Shown: positions 1 through 9,256 of the stretch, in pieces
How positions within the stretch are numbered: position 1 is the stretch's first letter
Layout: each line of letters starts with the position of its first letter
NCBI GenBank assembly: GCA_947628965.1
Contig: CANRBV010000005.1
Coordinates: 1 to 51,925 of the forward strand
Length of the DNA: 51,925 bases
Source: an uncultured Bacilli bacterium
GTDB lineage: Bacteria; Bacillota_I; Bacilli_A; RF39; UBA660
Direction: 5' to 3'
Notes under the pieces: model-generated
The model's input: the letters and a program-made list of their open reading frames with translations, nothing else
Database searches by the model: none
Told to the model about the DNA's origin: nothing
Translations under genes and position numbers: made by a program

Positions 1-28
1 TTTGAAATAAGTATGTAATATATAAAAT

Positions 29-64
29 AATGGAGTTTGATTTCTCAAGCTCCATTGTTTTTTT
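29..64 (+). terminator. Intrinsic terminator for a transcript entering from the left
   Basis: AATGGAGTTTGA-tttc-TCAAGCTCCATT hairpin followed by a T-run; its G-U pair works only on the + strand. Confidence 0.6.
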
Positions 65-91
65 ATGTCTTAAAATACGAAAAAATTATAA

Positions 92-167
92 AAATGCCAC
101 CTAAATGCCACCTAAAATTGGTTTTTAAAATTTGGTTGTCTCACAAACCCTTATAAATAAAGGGTTT
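92..167. repeat. Putative integrase arm/core-type sites (element junction)
   Basis: 11-bp tandem repeat AAATGCCACCT x2 (92-113) and inverted repeat AAACCCTT-ataaata-AAGGGTTT (145-167). Confidence 0.45.
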
Positions 168-171
168 CAAC

Positions 172-276
172 AAAAATGGAGCGCTATTGCGCTCCTTCAG
201 GGGGTTTTGGTTGATACATTCTCACATCAAAAATCGTAAGAATGTTGAAAGGTTAGCATGATATTGTATCATGCTA
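172..276 (-). ncRNA. Putative ~105-nt small RNA
   Basis: Minus-strand TTGACA(310-305)-17 bp-TATTAT(287-282); 5' hairpin TAGCATGATA-caa-TATCATGCTA; 3' hairpin GGAGCGC-aata-GCGCTCC plus T-run; no convincing ORF. Confidence 0.55.
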
Positions 277-352
277 TTAAAATAATATAATGAATTTCTT
301 TCTTTGTCAAACAATTTTGTTAAAAGTGACAAAAAAAGTGTTAAAAACCCAA

Positions 353-982
353 TTATTTTATTCCTTTTTTCTTTTTTAATTCTTCGTAATAAATTGCTTC
401 AGAAATTGTTACATAAGGAAGGGTGTAAATAAATCCTATACCTAAAGTAACAGTTGATAGCAGAATCCATCCCAAAAAACTTAGAATAAATATAAAATAA
501 TCTAATTTATAGCCATTCATCAATTCTTTACTTTGATTTAAATAATCCATTGGGTTATCTGCTTTACCCTCTTCATGTTTATCAGCATAAAGATAAAAAA
601 CCATTGTATAACTTATGGCAGCAATAATTCCTGGGATTATAAATAAAAAGCTCCAAAGAATAATGAATATCATCATTAAAATGCTAATGGCTGCAATTGG
701 TAAAACATTTTTTACAAACCTAAAAATATCTTCATTACTATAAGATTCATTACGAATCATTTTTAAAACGTAAAGAATAAAACCTACAGTTAAAGTTGAT
801 GTAAAAAAAGAAACTACGATATTTAGTGCTGCATAAAGCATACTATCAGGCTTATTAAAAATTGTTAATACTAAAGAACACAAAAAAGAAATTAATAAAA
901 TGATGATATAACCCTTCCAAAAATCTTTAAAATTTTCTTTTAAAATGGTTTTTGCTTTTTTCTTAATTTCTACTCTATCCAT
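353..982 (-). CDS. DUF975 family membrane protein
   Basis: R.EIKKKAK start, LWSFLFIIPGIIAAISY and SKELMNGYK motifs, several TM helices; AGGAGG RBS. Confidence 0.85.
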   Translation of the reverse strand: MDRVEIKKKAKTILKENFKDFWKGYIIILLISFLCSLVLTIFNKPDSMLYAALNIVVSFFTSTLTVGFILYVLKMIRNESYSNEDIFRFVKNVLPIAAISILMMIFIILWSFLFIIPGIIAAISYTMVFYLYADKHEEGKADNPMDYLNQSKELMNGYKLDYFIFILSFLGWILLSTVTLGIGFIYTLPYVTISEAIYYEELKKKKGIK

Positions 983-1024
983 CTTTTATCCTCCTTTAAA
1001 ATAATTATATTTTAAAATCCAAAT

Positions 1025-3007
1025 TTAATCAATATTCTTAACACAACTTAATAAAGTTTCATATTTTTTTTCTAAATTTCTATAATCGTTTAAAAAACAT
1101 TTACTATCTTCCTTTGTTTGTAATAAAATTTTGAAATCTCTTCTTAAATCTGCCATTTTAAATACCATATCCCCACTTTGTCTTGTTCCAAATAAATCTC
1201 CTTCTTTTCGCATTAAGAAATCCTGTTCGCTAATATAAAAACCATCATTACTTTTTTCTAACACTTTTAATCGTTCAATATCATAATTGCTAATCAAAAA
1301 ACAAGTTGATTCTAAATCATTTCGACCTACTCTTCCTCTTAATTGATGAAGTGTAGCAAGTCCAAACATTTCTGCATTAAATATTACCATTGTTGTTGCA
1401 TTTTTTATATCTACTCCAACTTCAATAACGATTGTAGCAATTAAAATTTTTGTTTCTCCTGTTTTAAAACGTTTTATAATTTCTTCTTTCTCGCGAGCAT
1501 TTATCTTTCCATGTAAAACTTCACTTTTAACTTTATAATTAAATGCTTTATCAAAACTCAATTTTAGATTATTAACATCATGTACATTTCGTTCTTCGTT
1601 TTCCATAATAGCAGGAGCAACTACATAAATTTGGTGCCCCAATTTTATTTCTTCCAAAATACTTTGCAAAACACTTTTTAGTTCACTTTCTTTTTTAACA
1701 TAAGTTTTAATTTCTTTTCGTCCCATAGGTTTCGTTTTAATTAAAGAAGTATCCATATCTTGATAAATAGTTAAAGCATACGTTCTTGGAATAGGTGTAG
1801 CACTCATATAAATTGTATCTGGAAGCATTCCCTTATTTTGTAAATTTCCTCTTTGATTCACTCCAAAACGATGTTGTTCATCGGTAATAACAAGACCTAA
1901 ATTTTTAAAAGTAACATCATCACTAATAAGTGCATGCGTCCCAATTAAAATGTCTATAGTCCCTTCTTTTAATTTTTCAAGTATTTCTTGGCGCTTGGTC
2001 TTCTTTAAATTACCTGTTAGTAAAGCAATATGAATTGGAAAATTTTCCACTAATTTACAAAGCGTTTCATAATGTTGATTAGCAAGTATTTCTGTAGGAG
2101 CCATCAAAGCACTTTGATATCCACTAAAGCTATTAGCAACCATAGCAATTATAGCAACGATTGTTTTTCCACTACCTACATCTCCTTCAATTAAACGATT
2201 CATTCTTTTAGAACTTTTTAAATCTGTCAAGCATTCGTTAACTGCTTTTACTTGATCGGTTGTTAATTCAAATGGAAGACTTGCTAAAAAGGCGTCTAAT
2301 TTTTCTTGATCATATTCTTTTTTAATTCCAATAATATGTTCATTTTTGTTTTTCAAATAATTAATTTTTAACATAAAAACAAAAAATTCTTCGTAAATAC
2401 TTCTTAGTTTAGCCAATTTTAAAGATTGAAAATCTTTAGGATTATGTAAAATGGCAATTGCATCAGCTTTACTTAAAAAATGATATTTCTTTTGATATTC
2501 TAAAGGAATATAATCCATGATATCCTCTTTTAAATGAATAGCATTTTCTATATACTTTATTATTTGATTTTTTTTTACCCCTTTTATCGTGTGATATACG
2601 GGTTCTATTTTTGGCTCCAATAACCAATATAATTTCAATTCACTGGCTACAAAAGTATTTTTTTGTTTATTGTATTTACCTATCAAACAAATATTTTTTC
2701 CAACATCTAAATTTTTATAAAGATAAGCACGATTAAAAATAACAACATTTATTAATAAATGATGGCTTAAAGCTTTAAAAGATAAACGATTGAAATTACG
2801 CCTTATATAAGAAATTTTTGGAGTTGTTTCAATCGTAACATTAATTGTAACGACATCCATTTCACTAGCATTTTCTAGATCTATAGGGTTATAAATATTA
2901 TATCGGTAGGGATAATAAGTGAGTAAATCGTCAATTGTAAAGATATTTAATTTATTTAATACTTCTAAAGATTTTGCACCAATACCTTTTATTTCTTGTA
3001 GTTCCAT
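1025..3007 (-). CDS. recG: ATP-dependent DNA helicase RecG
   Basis: GDVGSGKT, DEQHRFGV, SATPIPRT and HQLRGRVGR motifs. Confidence 0.97.
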   Translation of the reverse strand: MELQEIKGIGAKSLEVLNKLNIFTIDDLLTYYPYRYNIYNPIDLENASEMDVVTINVTIETTPKISYIRRNFNRLSFKALSHHLLINVVIFNRAYLYKNLDVGKNICLIGKYNKQKNTFVASELKLYWLLEPKIEPVYHTIKGVKKNQIIKYIENAIHLKEDIMDYIPLEYQKKYHFLSKADAIAILHNPKDFQSLKLAKLRSIYEEFFVFMLKINYLKNKNEHIIGIKKEYDQEKLDAFLASLPFELTTDQVKAVNECLTDLKSSKRMNRLIEGDVGSGKTIVAIIAMVANSFSGYQSALMAPTEILANQHYETLCKLVENFPIHIALLTGNLKKTKRQEILEKLKEGTIDILIGTHALISDDVTFKNLGLVITDEQHRFGVNQRGNLQNKGMLPDTIYMSATPIPRTYALTIYQDMDTSLIKTKPMGRKEIKTYVKKESELKSVLQSILEEIKLGHQIYVVAPAIMENEERNVHDVNNLKLSFDKAFNYKVKSEVLHGKINAREKEEIIKRFKTGETKILIATIVIEVGVDIKNATTMVIFNAEMFGLATLHQLRGRVGRNDLESTCFLISNYDIERLKVLEKSNDGFYISEQDFLMRKEGDLFGTRQSGDMVFKMADLRRDFKILLQTKEDSKCFLNDYRNLEKKYETLLSCVKNID

Positions 3008-3149
3008 AACTTCAACACCTATCTTTTGTTAACATTATACTAAAGAACAGAACAAATGTATAGTTAAGAATCTTATTTACAGCATTAAGGAGTGAAAATT
3101 TTTCGCAATCAGCCAATTTGGTATAATATAGAAAAGGTGGTCGATTAAA

Positions 3150-3671
3150 TTGATGACAAGAAAAGAAAAAAGAGAGTTAATGAAAGATAAGTCGTTGGTA
3201 TGTACTTTGATTATTGACAAATACTTACCACGGCTTTTTATTATGTTTGATCAGCTAACTGATTTAAGACAGCTTGGCAAAGTTACTTACAGTATGAAAT
3301 CTATTTGTGTTACTCGTCTCTTTGCTTTGCTATGTGGTTTAACTTCTATGAACTCCATGACAAATAAATTAAATACGAACATCTCTATTACTAATTTATC
3401 TAAAATTATTAATGAAGAATTATCTGACTTACCTCATTATGATACAATTAATGATATTTTTGATGATTTAAAGATTGATGAATTAAGAAAGATTTAAAAA
3501 TATATTGTTTATGCTTTGATTCGTTCTAAAATGTTTGATAAATTTCGTTACAATGGTAAATTTCAAATTCTTGTGGATGGCACTGGTTTAATCTCTTTTA
3601 ATTATCAACATTGTGATCATTGTTTAGTTAAACAACATAAAGATGGCACTAAAACTTATGAGTTAATTTAG
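3150..3671 (+). pseudogene. Truncated DDE transposase (IS4-superfamily/ISNCY-like)
   Basis: LTDLRQLGKVTY...PHYDTIND; the frame continues past TAA at 3495-3497 as KYIVYALIRSKMF...ILVDGTG...HCDHCL, then ends at 3671 without the rest of the catalytic domain. Confidence 0.8.
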
Positions 3672-3673
3672 AT

Positions 3674-4234
3674 ATGGATTCTAAAGCCTTAATAGAAATA
3701 TATAAATTATTTTATGACGAAAATCCTGATTTTAGTCTTTCAAATATAAATATTAGAGTGCAGACAATGATGTCTATTTTAGCACAGTTTGGAATAACTC
3801 TTGGAGCTGATTATTCATTTAGCCTGCTAGAAAAAAGTAAAATGCCCAATTCTTTATATATTGAACAACTTGTAAACAAATTATTTCCATTAGGAGAAAT
3901 AACTGACATTGATGAGCCAATTAAACTTGCAGATGAACCAAAGAAAATTATAAAAATTGTTGGAGAATGTGTGAGAGAAGTAATTAATGATGGATATAAT
4001 AAAGATGATGCTTTAATAACAATTAGTAAAGTTATTCATGCAGGAAGATATAATCTTTCTTCAAATTCAAATGTTAAAGAATTAAGCAATTTTACTAATC
4101 GTACACAAAATGAAGTTGAATCTAGTATAAGATTAGTTAACCGTATTGAAAAAAAATTAAACAATGATAAAAAAAAGAAGATTTTAAGCACTAATATTCA
4201 AAATCTTCTTTTTATATTGTACTATTTTCTTTAA
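3674..4234 (+). CDS. Hypothetical protein, possibly YwgA/Panacea-like winged helix
   Basis: 186-aa ORF; RVQTMMSILAQFG..LG..YSF....MPNSLYIE loosely resembles the QK..Y.L...G..Y.F....GPYS..L pattern. Confidence 0.55.
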   Translation: MDSKALIEIYKLFYDENPDFSLSNINIRVQTMMSILAQFGITLGADYSFSLLEKSKMPNSLYIEQLVNKLFPLGEITDIDEPIKLADEPKKIIKIVGECVREVINDGYNKDDALITISKVIHAGRYNLSSNSNVKELSNFTNRTQNEVESSIRLVNRIEKKLNNDKKKKILSTNIQNLLFILYYFL

Positions 4235-4430
4235 TAATTTGATATATCTTTATAATTTTCTTTTGTTATAAAAAAATCGGTTTCTTGATTTTTATCAAAA
4301 GACAAAAAATATAAATCTCCGTTATCACAATATATTATTCCTAACTTTTTATTGCCATCTATCAAATAATAATTATAAAATTCACTATTACTTATTACTT
4401 ATATTATTTCTTAATATCTTCAATATCATC
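4231..4430 (-). pseudogene. Degraded hypothetical gene fragment
   Basis: AAGGTG RBS plus MILKILRN..., then a frameshift into SEFYNYYLIDGNKKLGIIYCDNGDLYF...FFITKENY and a stop. Confidence 0.3.
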
Positions 4431-4499
4431 ACCTTCTTATTGTTTTGACAATATGCAAGTGTGTTTTCTAAATTGGCATAAATTTAGTATCAAATTCTA

Positions 4500-4528
4500 T
4501 TGTATAAAGAACAATCGTTTGATATAAT
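4500..4528 (+). promoter_or_regulatory. SigA promoter of the small toxin mRNA
   Basis: TTGTAT-17 bp-TATAAT with extended TGn. Confidence 0.65.
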
Positions 4529-4593
4529 TTTCATAGGGAATATCAGTTGTTGAGTGTCTACCAAATCTCTTATAGAGAGGAGGTTTGATAAAG

Positions 4594-4686
4594 ATGAAAA
4601 CTAAGACTTTTGTTATAAAAGTTCTAAAGCTCATTGCTATCATTTTATTTCTCCTTATCGTTATGATAGTAGTAATAAAAAAATGA
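4594..4686 (+). CDS. 30-aa hydrophobic peptide, putative type I toxin (not in the ORF track)
   Basis: MKTKTFVIKVLKLIAIILFLLIVMIVVIKK; GAGGAGGT RBS; one TM helix with basic ends. Confidence 0.75.
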   Translation: MKTKTFVIKVLKLIAIILFLLIVMIVVIKK

Positions 4687-4793
4687 CACTTAATTCTTCA
4701 TTGAATTAAATGTCTAAACAATATTAATTGGGTAGGCATTCAACTCGCAAAAACTGAATGTTCCCTTTTTTATTTTATGCAAGTTTCCTTGAC
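4676..4793 (-). ncRNA. Putative antisense antitoxin RNA
   Basis: Minus-strand TTGTCA(4828-4823)-17 bp-TATTAT(4805-4800); terminator GACATTTAATTC-aatgaa-GAATTAAGTGTC followed by a T-run; convergent overlap with the 3' end of the toxin mRNA. Confidence 0.65.
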
Positions 4794-4808
4794 ATATTCA
4801 TAATAACA

Positions 4809-4838
4809 TAAAAACGACTTTTTGACAAGTCGTTTTAT
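4809..4838 (-). terminator. Terminator downstream of tRNA-Leu
   Basis: AAAACGACTT...AAGTCGTTTT inverted repeat; overlaps the antisense promoter. Confidence 0.55.
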
Positions 4839-4873
4839 ATTGTTACTCGAAAAGTCCGAGTTTCCTATCAATC

Positions 4874-4960
4874 TGGTGCCCCTGGCCAGACTTGAACTGG
4901 CACAGTATTGCTACTACTGGATTTTGAGTCCAGCGCGTCTACCAATTCCACCACAGAGGC
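4874..4960 (-). tRNA. tRNA-Leu(CAA)
   Basis: GCCTCTG...CAGGGGC-ACCA acceptor stem, CTGGA-CTCAAAA-TCCAG anticodon arm, long variable arm, GTTCAAGT T-loop, encoded CCA. Confidence 0.97.
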
Positions 4961-5064
4961 ATGAACTAATTATAACATACAATTTCTAATTTTAAAACAA
5001 CTTTTTTAGCAAAATATTTGTAAACAAAAAAGTAAATCTTTTGTAAATTGACATATTGAATAAA

Positions 5065-5655
5065 TTATTCATTTTTCTCTGTGTTCTCTTCTTTATAGAT
5101 GCTGGTAAACAATTCTTTTTCTTCACTATCTTCCTTAAATTTACTCATATCTATAGATGGTAAATCATCAATAGTTGCAAGTCCAAAATAATCTAAAAAA
5201 TCACTTGTTGTTTTATAAAGATTAGGTCTACCTGGCATTGTACTTTTTCCAGCTTCTTTTAACAGTCCTTTTGCTACTAATCTACGTATCATATGACTAG
5301 ATGAAACTCCTCGCATTTCATCTATTTCAACTCTTGTAATTGGTTGGTTATAAGCAACAATTGCAAGTACTTCTAAAGCAGATGGACTAAGCAAATTATT
5401 TTCAGGATTTTCAACTAATTTTTTATAATATTCCTTATGTTCTTGTTTTGTCGTTAATTTAAAAGCATCCCCCAGATAACTTATACGTAAACCTCGTTCA
5501 TTACTCTCATAAGCACTTTTAAGTTCTTTTAATAAATTTTTAGCTTCTTCCATTGAAATGTTCATAATTTCACAAATCTTATTTAAAGTGATTCCTTCAT
5601 CCCCTACTACAAATAAAATTCCTTCAAGTACACCTTTCATATTCAATTTCATCAC
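5065..5655 (-). CDS. scpB: SMC-Scp complex subunit ScpB
   Basis: LSPSALEVLAIVAYNQPITRVEIDEMRGV, GRPNLYKTT..FLDYFGL. Confidence 0.96.
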   Translation of the reverse strand: MMKLNMKGVLEGILFVVGDEGITLNKICEIMNISMEEAKNLLKELKSAYESNERGLRISYLGDAFKLTTKQEHKEYYKKLVENPENNLLSPSALEVLAIVAYNQPITRVEIDEMRGVSSSHMIRRLVAKGLLKEAGKSTMPGRPNLYKTTSDFLDYFGLATIDDLPSIDMSKFKEDSEEKELFTSIYKEENTEKNE

Positions 5656-6374
5656 CTGCTTTCAACAAATATATTACCAAAATTTTTTTCTTGATAGATA
5701 TTAATCTCATCATTTTTATTCATTTGTAAAATAGCTAAAAAAGTTACAATTAAATATTCTTTTGTAATCTCTTCAAATAAATCAATAAAATTTACTTTTT
5801 TTCCTTTTTTTAACTTTGATTTAATAGAAGTCATTCGTTCTTCAATACTTAATTCTTTTCTTGTAATTTTCGTTTGAATTGGCTTTTGTTCATTTATTCT
5901 TTCTTGATAAGCAAGAAGAGCATTTACCAAATCTTCTATAGTAAGACTTCCATCATTTGTGAGTGATTTATCGGTATATTCTTTCAAAGAAGATGGACCT
6001 TTTGTAAAAAAGTCCGATCTTTTTTCTTCTAACTCTTTAAAAACTTCCGTCATATTCTTATATTTTTCATACTCTAATATACGTTGTTTTAATTCATCTT
6101 CGCTATTTATCTCATATTCTTCATCTAAAGATGTATCTTCTTCAGTATTTCCAATCAACATTTTACTTTTTAAATGTACAAGTGTTGCGGCCATAACTAA
6201 AAATTCACTTGCAATATCTATATTTAAATCTTGCATTTTTTTTATATAATTCAAGTATTCTTCAATAATTACATGTATATCAATTTCGTAAATATCCATT
6301 TGAGTAGAACGAACTAAATGTAATAATAAATCAAGTGGCCCATGAAAGTTATTGATATCAATTAAGTAATCCAC
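5652..6374 (-). CDS. scpA: Segregation/condensation protein ScpA
   Basis: FHGPLDLLLHL, ASEFLVMAATL, IVTFLAIL; overlaps scpB. Confidence 0.96.
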   Translation of the reverse strand: MDYLIDINNFHGPLDLLLHLVRSTQMDIYEIDIHVIIEEYLNYIKKMQDLNIDIASEFLVMAATLVHLKSKMLIGNTEEDTSLDEEYEINSEDELKQRILEYEKYKNMTEVFKELEEKRSDFFTKGPSSLKEYTDKSLTNDGSLTIEDLVNALLAYQERINEQKPIQTKITRKELSIEERMTSIKSKLKKGKKVNFIDLFEEITKEYLIVTFLAILQMNKNDEINIYQEKNFGNIFVESR

Positions 6375-6388
6375 TTGACATCCCTCCT

Positions 6389-7333
6389 TTATTTACAACT
6401 AAACCCTCTCGCTTCCATTTCAAAATTAACTACTTTAGCAAGCGATTGATTAGCAAAATAATACTTGCTATCTGTATTGGAAATTTTAGCATCCGCTAAA
6501 TCGATTGACGTATTTACAACAAAATTAGTCCCAGTATTAACAAAAACAGAAGTAATACCCTCTAAATTATTTAGCGTTTCTGATTTTGTTTTCCACTCAT
6601 TTACTAACGTTGTGTAATCATCATTTGTACTGTTAACACTTACATTATCATTAATTTCATACAATTTTTCATTTTTAAATTTATAAGATAATGTTTCTAT
6701 ATCATTTGAACAAACCAATACTTCTTCTTCTAAATCATTTTTTGATAATGTAATATTTGGATAATCACTTATTTCTTTTTGAACAAACAAAATTTTTTCG
6801 GCAGTATTCGTAACACTCTTTTCCAAACTTAAATTAACGGTAATAGAAGAATCTCTAGCAATAATATCATCTAATAAAATTCTTTCCAGCAATGTATTAT
6901 CATCCGTATACAATTCTAAAAAATAATTTTTAGCATCAAAATCAAAACGACTTGTTCCATTATTGGTTGCTTGAAAAGATAAGACTTCATCCTTTAATGA
7001 AAAATCCTTTAATTCTATAGTATCTTCTAGAGTAATCGATAAAGAATCACTTATCGTATATAAAGTAAGTTCTTCTTCTGGCTCTAAAACAGGTTCTTCT
7101 GTTTTTTCATTAGTGTTTGGAGTTTCATAAGTTGTATTTTTCTTATCTTCTTTTAAATAATTTGTAATTGTTGGTAAAAAGAAAATAAAAGCAAAGATTA
7201 AGCCAAACAATACGAATAAAAAAATTGGACTTTGAGATGCGGTTGCTAATTCACCTATTTTCGTAACAGAAAGCTCTTCTTCGTTGACTTTTAAATTTTT
7301 GTAATTCATTTTTTCTTTTTTTTCTTTTGCCAT
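6389..7333 (-). CDS. Membrane-anchored hypothetical protein
   Basis: One N-terminal TM helix followed by an acidic domain; start moved to MAKEK by RBS position. Confidence 0.75.
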   Translation of the reverse strand: MAKEKKEKMNYKNLKVNEEELSVTKIGELATASQSPIFLFVLFGLIFAFIFFLPTITNYLKEDKKNTTYETPNTNEKTEEPVLEPEEELTLYTISDSLSITLEDTIELKDFSLKDEVLSFQATNNGTSRFDFDAKNYFLELYTDDNTLLERILLDDIIARDSSITVNLSLEKSVTNTAEKILFVQKEISDYPNITLSKNDLEEEVLVCSNDIETLSYKFKNEKLYEINDNVSVNSTNDDYTTLVNEWKTKSETLNNLEGITSVFVNTGTNFVVNTSIDLADAKISNTDSKYYFANQSLAKVVNFEMEARGFSCK

Positions 7334-7419
7334 CCATAATCCCTTCATTCTTATAAAAATAATTATAGCACGAAATCTATTCTTTTATCAATTATTTCCT
7401 TGAAAAAATCATTTATTCG

Positions 7420-7848
7420 CTATTTTTTTAATTTTAAAATAATAGAAGTTAAAAGACAAATAAATAGAGCCATGACTATAGCAAATCCATAATGGAATAA
7501 ATTAGAAAAGAATCCCAAGAGTCCATTTATTTTAAAGCCTGACAAAAGTACAAGGACAAAATCAGAGCCAAAATTCACCATTTTACTTATTACGTTAATT
7601 TTGGCATAAATAGAAAACTTATTATAAAAACGAAAAAGAGTGTAATATAGTCCAAAGAGTCCAGGTAAAGATTCCATTAAACTTACTATCAGAGGTAGAC
7701 AAAAAATAAAAACCATAATAATTCCAAATAATAGTAAAATAAAAATAGAACTTTCTTCTTCTTTTGTGGTAATTTTCCCAATTTTTGTAATAGAAAGTTC
7801 TTCCTCATTTATTTTAATATTTTCGTAATTAAAATTTTCATTTTTCAT
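7420..7848 (-). CDS. Hypothetical membrane protein, N-terminus paralogous to 6389-7333
   Basis: NYENIKINEEELSITKIG vs NYKNLKVNEEELSVTKIG; several hydrophobic segments; probable start MKNENF. Confidence 0.6.
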   Translation of the reverse strand: MKNENFNYENIKINEEELSITKIGKITTKEEESSIFILLLFGIIMVFIFCLPLIVSLMESLPGLFGLYYTLFRFYNKFSIYAKINVISKMVNFGSDFVLVLLSGFKINGLLGFFSNLFHYGFAIVMALFICLLTSIILKLKK

Positions 7849-7934
7849 ACCCGATTGCCTTCTTTTGTCTTTATTATAACATGCACAATTAAACAATCGC
7901 AATTGATTTTCTTAAAGCATTTACATTGTATAAA

Positions 7935-8285
7935 TTAATCTTTTGGTTTAAAAATCAAAGTAAGAACAAAAGAAAATAAAACAGCTCCTGTTATCGCACA
8001 AGAACTATATTGTAAAAGTCCTGTAAATAAACCTAGAATTCCATTTTCTTGAAAACCTAAATAAGCCCCTTTATAAAGCATATATCCAAAATTAGAAATA
8101 ATTGTTGTAGCCCCAGCTCCTGCAAAGGAAATGAATTTATCATAAAGTCCAACTAAACCTAAAAAAGCACCAAAAACAGTAAAGAAGCTTGTCACATGAC
8201 CTGGGGTTAATTTTGTATTATCTAAAAATATTTGGGCAAATAAACAAAAAATTCCTGAAAAAAGAAAAGCACAAAGAAAATTCAT
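7935..8285 (-). CDS. spoVAE: Stage V sporulation protein AE
   Basis: AFLFSGIFCLFAQIFLD.TKLTP, FAGAGAT, LIFKPK. Confidence 0.92.
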   Translation of the reverse strand: MNFLCAFLFSGIFCLFAQIFLDNTKLTPGHVTSFFTVFGAFLGLVGLYDKFISFAGAGATTIISNFGYMLYKGAYLGFQENGILGLFTGLLQYSSCAITGAVLFSFVLTLIFKPKD

Positions 8286-9256
8286 GACAACACCTCCAAA
8301 CTTACAGCATGGGCAATACTAGGAATGGATTTCTTTTGATTTGTTGTATCTTTTGAGTGCAAAGAACCTGTGGCAATTAGTAAGATCTTTTTATATTTTT
8401 TATTTTTAAGAATTTTATTAAATAAAACCATAGGTAAAGTGACAGGCCCAGAGGAACCAGAATATACTTCTTGACTTTTTAAAAATATTTCACAACCTGC
8501 ATCCATATGATTTTTAATTTTTATTCCATAATTTACTTTTAAAAATTCGCGAAAAATATCTTTTCCAACACTACCTAAATCCCCTGTTACAATTAAATCG
8601 TAATCATCGACAGTTCTTTTTAAATCATGCAAATGATCTATTAAAACACTTACCGCAGCAGGTGTCATGACAGCACCCATATGCGTAGCATCTTTTTGGT
8701 TATAATCCTCAATTTTTCCAATAGTGGCTGATTCTACTTTAATATTACTTTTTTCGTTTGAAAGTATTGCACCAACTGCACCTGTTGCAGTAAATGTGGT
8801 TGTACTAGCTCTTGGAGCACCATATTCTATAGGAAAACGGAATTGTCTTTCTGCATTTAAATTATGGCTACTCGTAATCATAAGAGCATTTTTTATTGTA
8901 TTCATTTCAATAAAATGCCCTCCTATAATCATACTTTCTAAAAATGTTGCACAAGCACTATAGATTCCAAAAAAAGGATAGGAAAAATTTCTTACGGCAT
9001 AACTTGTAATTCCAAGTTGATTGGATAAATCTCCCCCTAATATTAAATCAATTTTTTTCCCTAACTTATTTCTATAAAGTAAATTATCCATCACTACTTT
9101 TTGCATTTTTACTTCAGCATCAATAAAAGATTTTTCTCCGTAATAATAATCATCCATAGTTAAATCAAATTTACGAATTTGTCCTTCACTTTCTAAAGGC
9201 CCTGCAATTGTAAAAGCATCTTTAATATAAACGTTGTTAAACTTTATACTAGCCAT
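8282..9256 (-). CDS. spoVAD: Stage V sporulation protein AD
   Basis: GGDLSNQ, SSHN..AERQFRFPIEYG, HMGAVM, IVTGDLG, SIPSIAHAV. Confidence 0.95.
   Translation of the reverse strand: MASIKFNNVYIKDAFTIAGPLESEGQIRKFDLTMDDYYYGEKSFIDAEVKMQKVVMDNLLYRNKLGKKIDLILGGDLSNQLGITSYAVRNFSYPFFGIYSACATFLESMIIGGHFIEMNTIKNALMITSSHNLNAERQFRFPIEYGAPRASTTTFTATGAVGAILSNEKSNIKVESATIGKIEDYNQKDATHMGAVMTPAAVSVLIDHLHDLKRTVDDYDLIVTGDLGSVGKDIFREFLKVNYGIKIKNHMDAGCEIFLKSQEVYSGSSGPVTLPMVLFNKILKNKKYKKILLIATGSLHSKDTTNQKKSIPSIAHAVSLEVLS

Noticed and set aside
172-276. tRNA, tmRNA, SRP or 6S identity for the small RNA
   Set aside because: No cloverleaf or T-loop, no SRP GGAA-loop domain, and too short for 6S or tmRNA
3495-3497. 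Possible readthrough or alternative genetic code at the transposase stop
   Set aside because: The stop is TAA, the gene is also truncated downstream, and intact genes such as spoVAD, scpA and infB end in TGA, consistent with code 11
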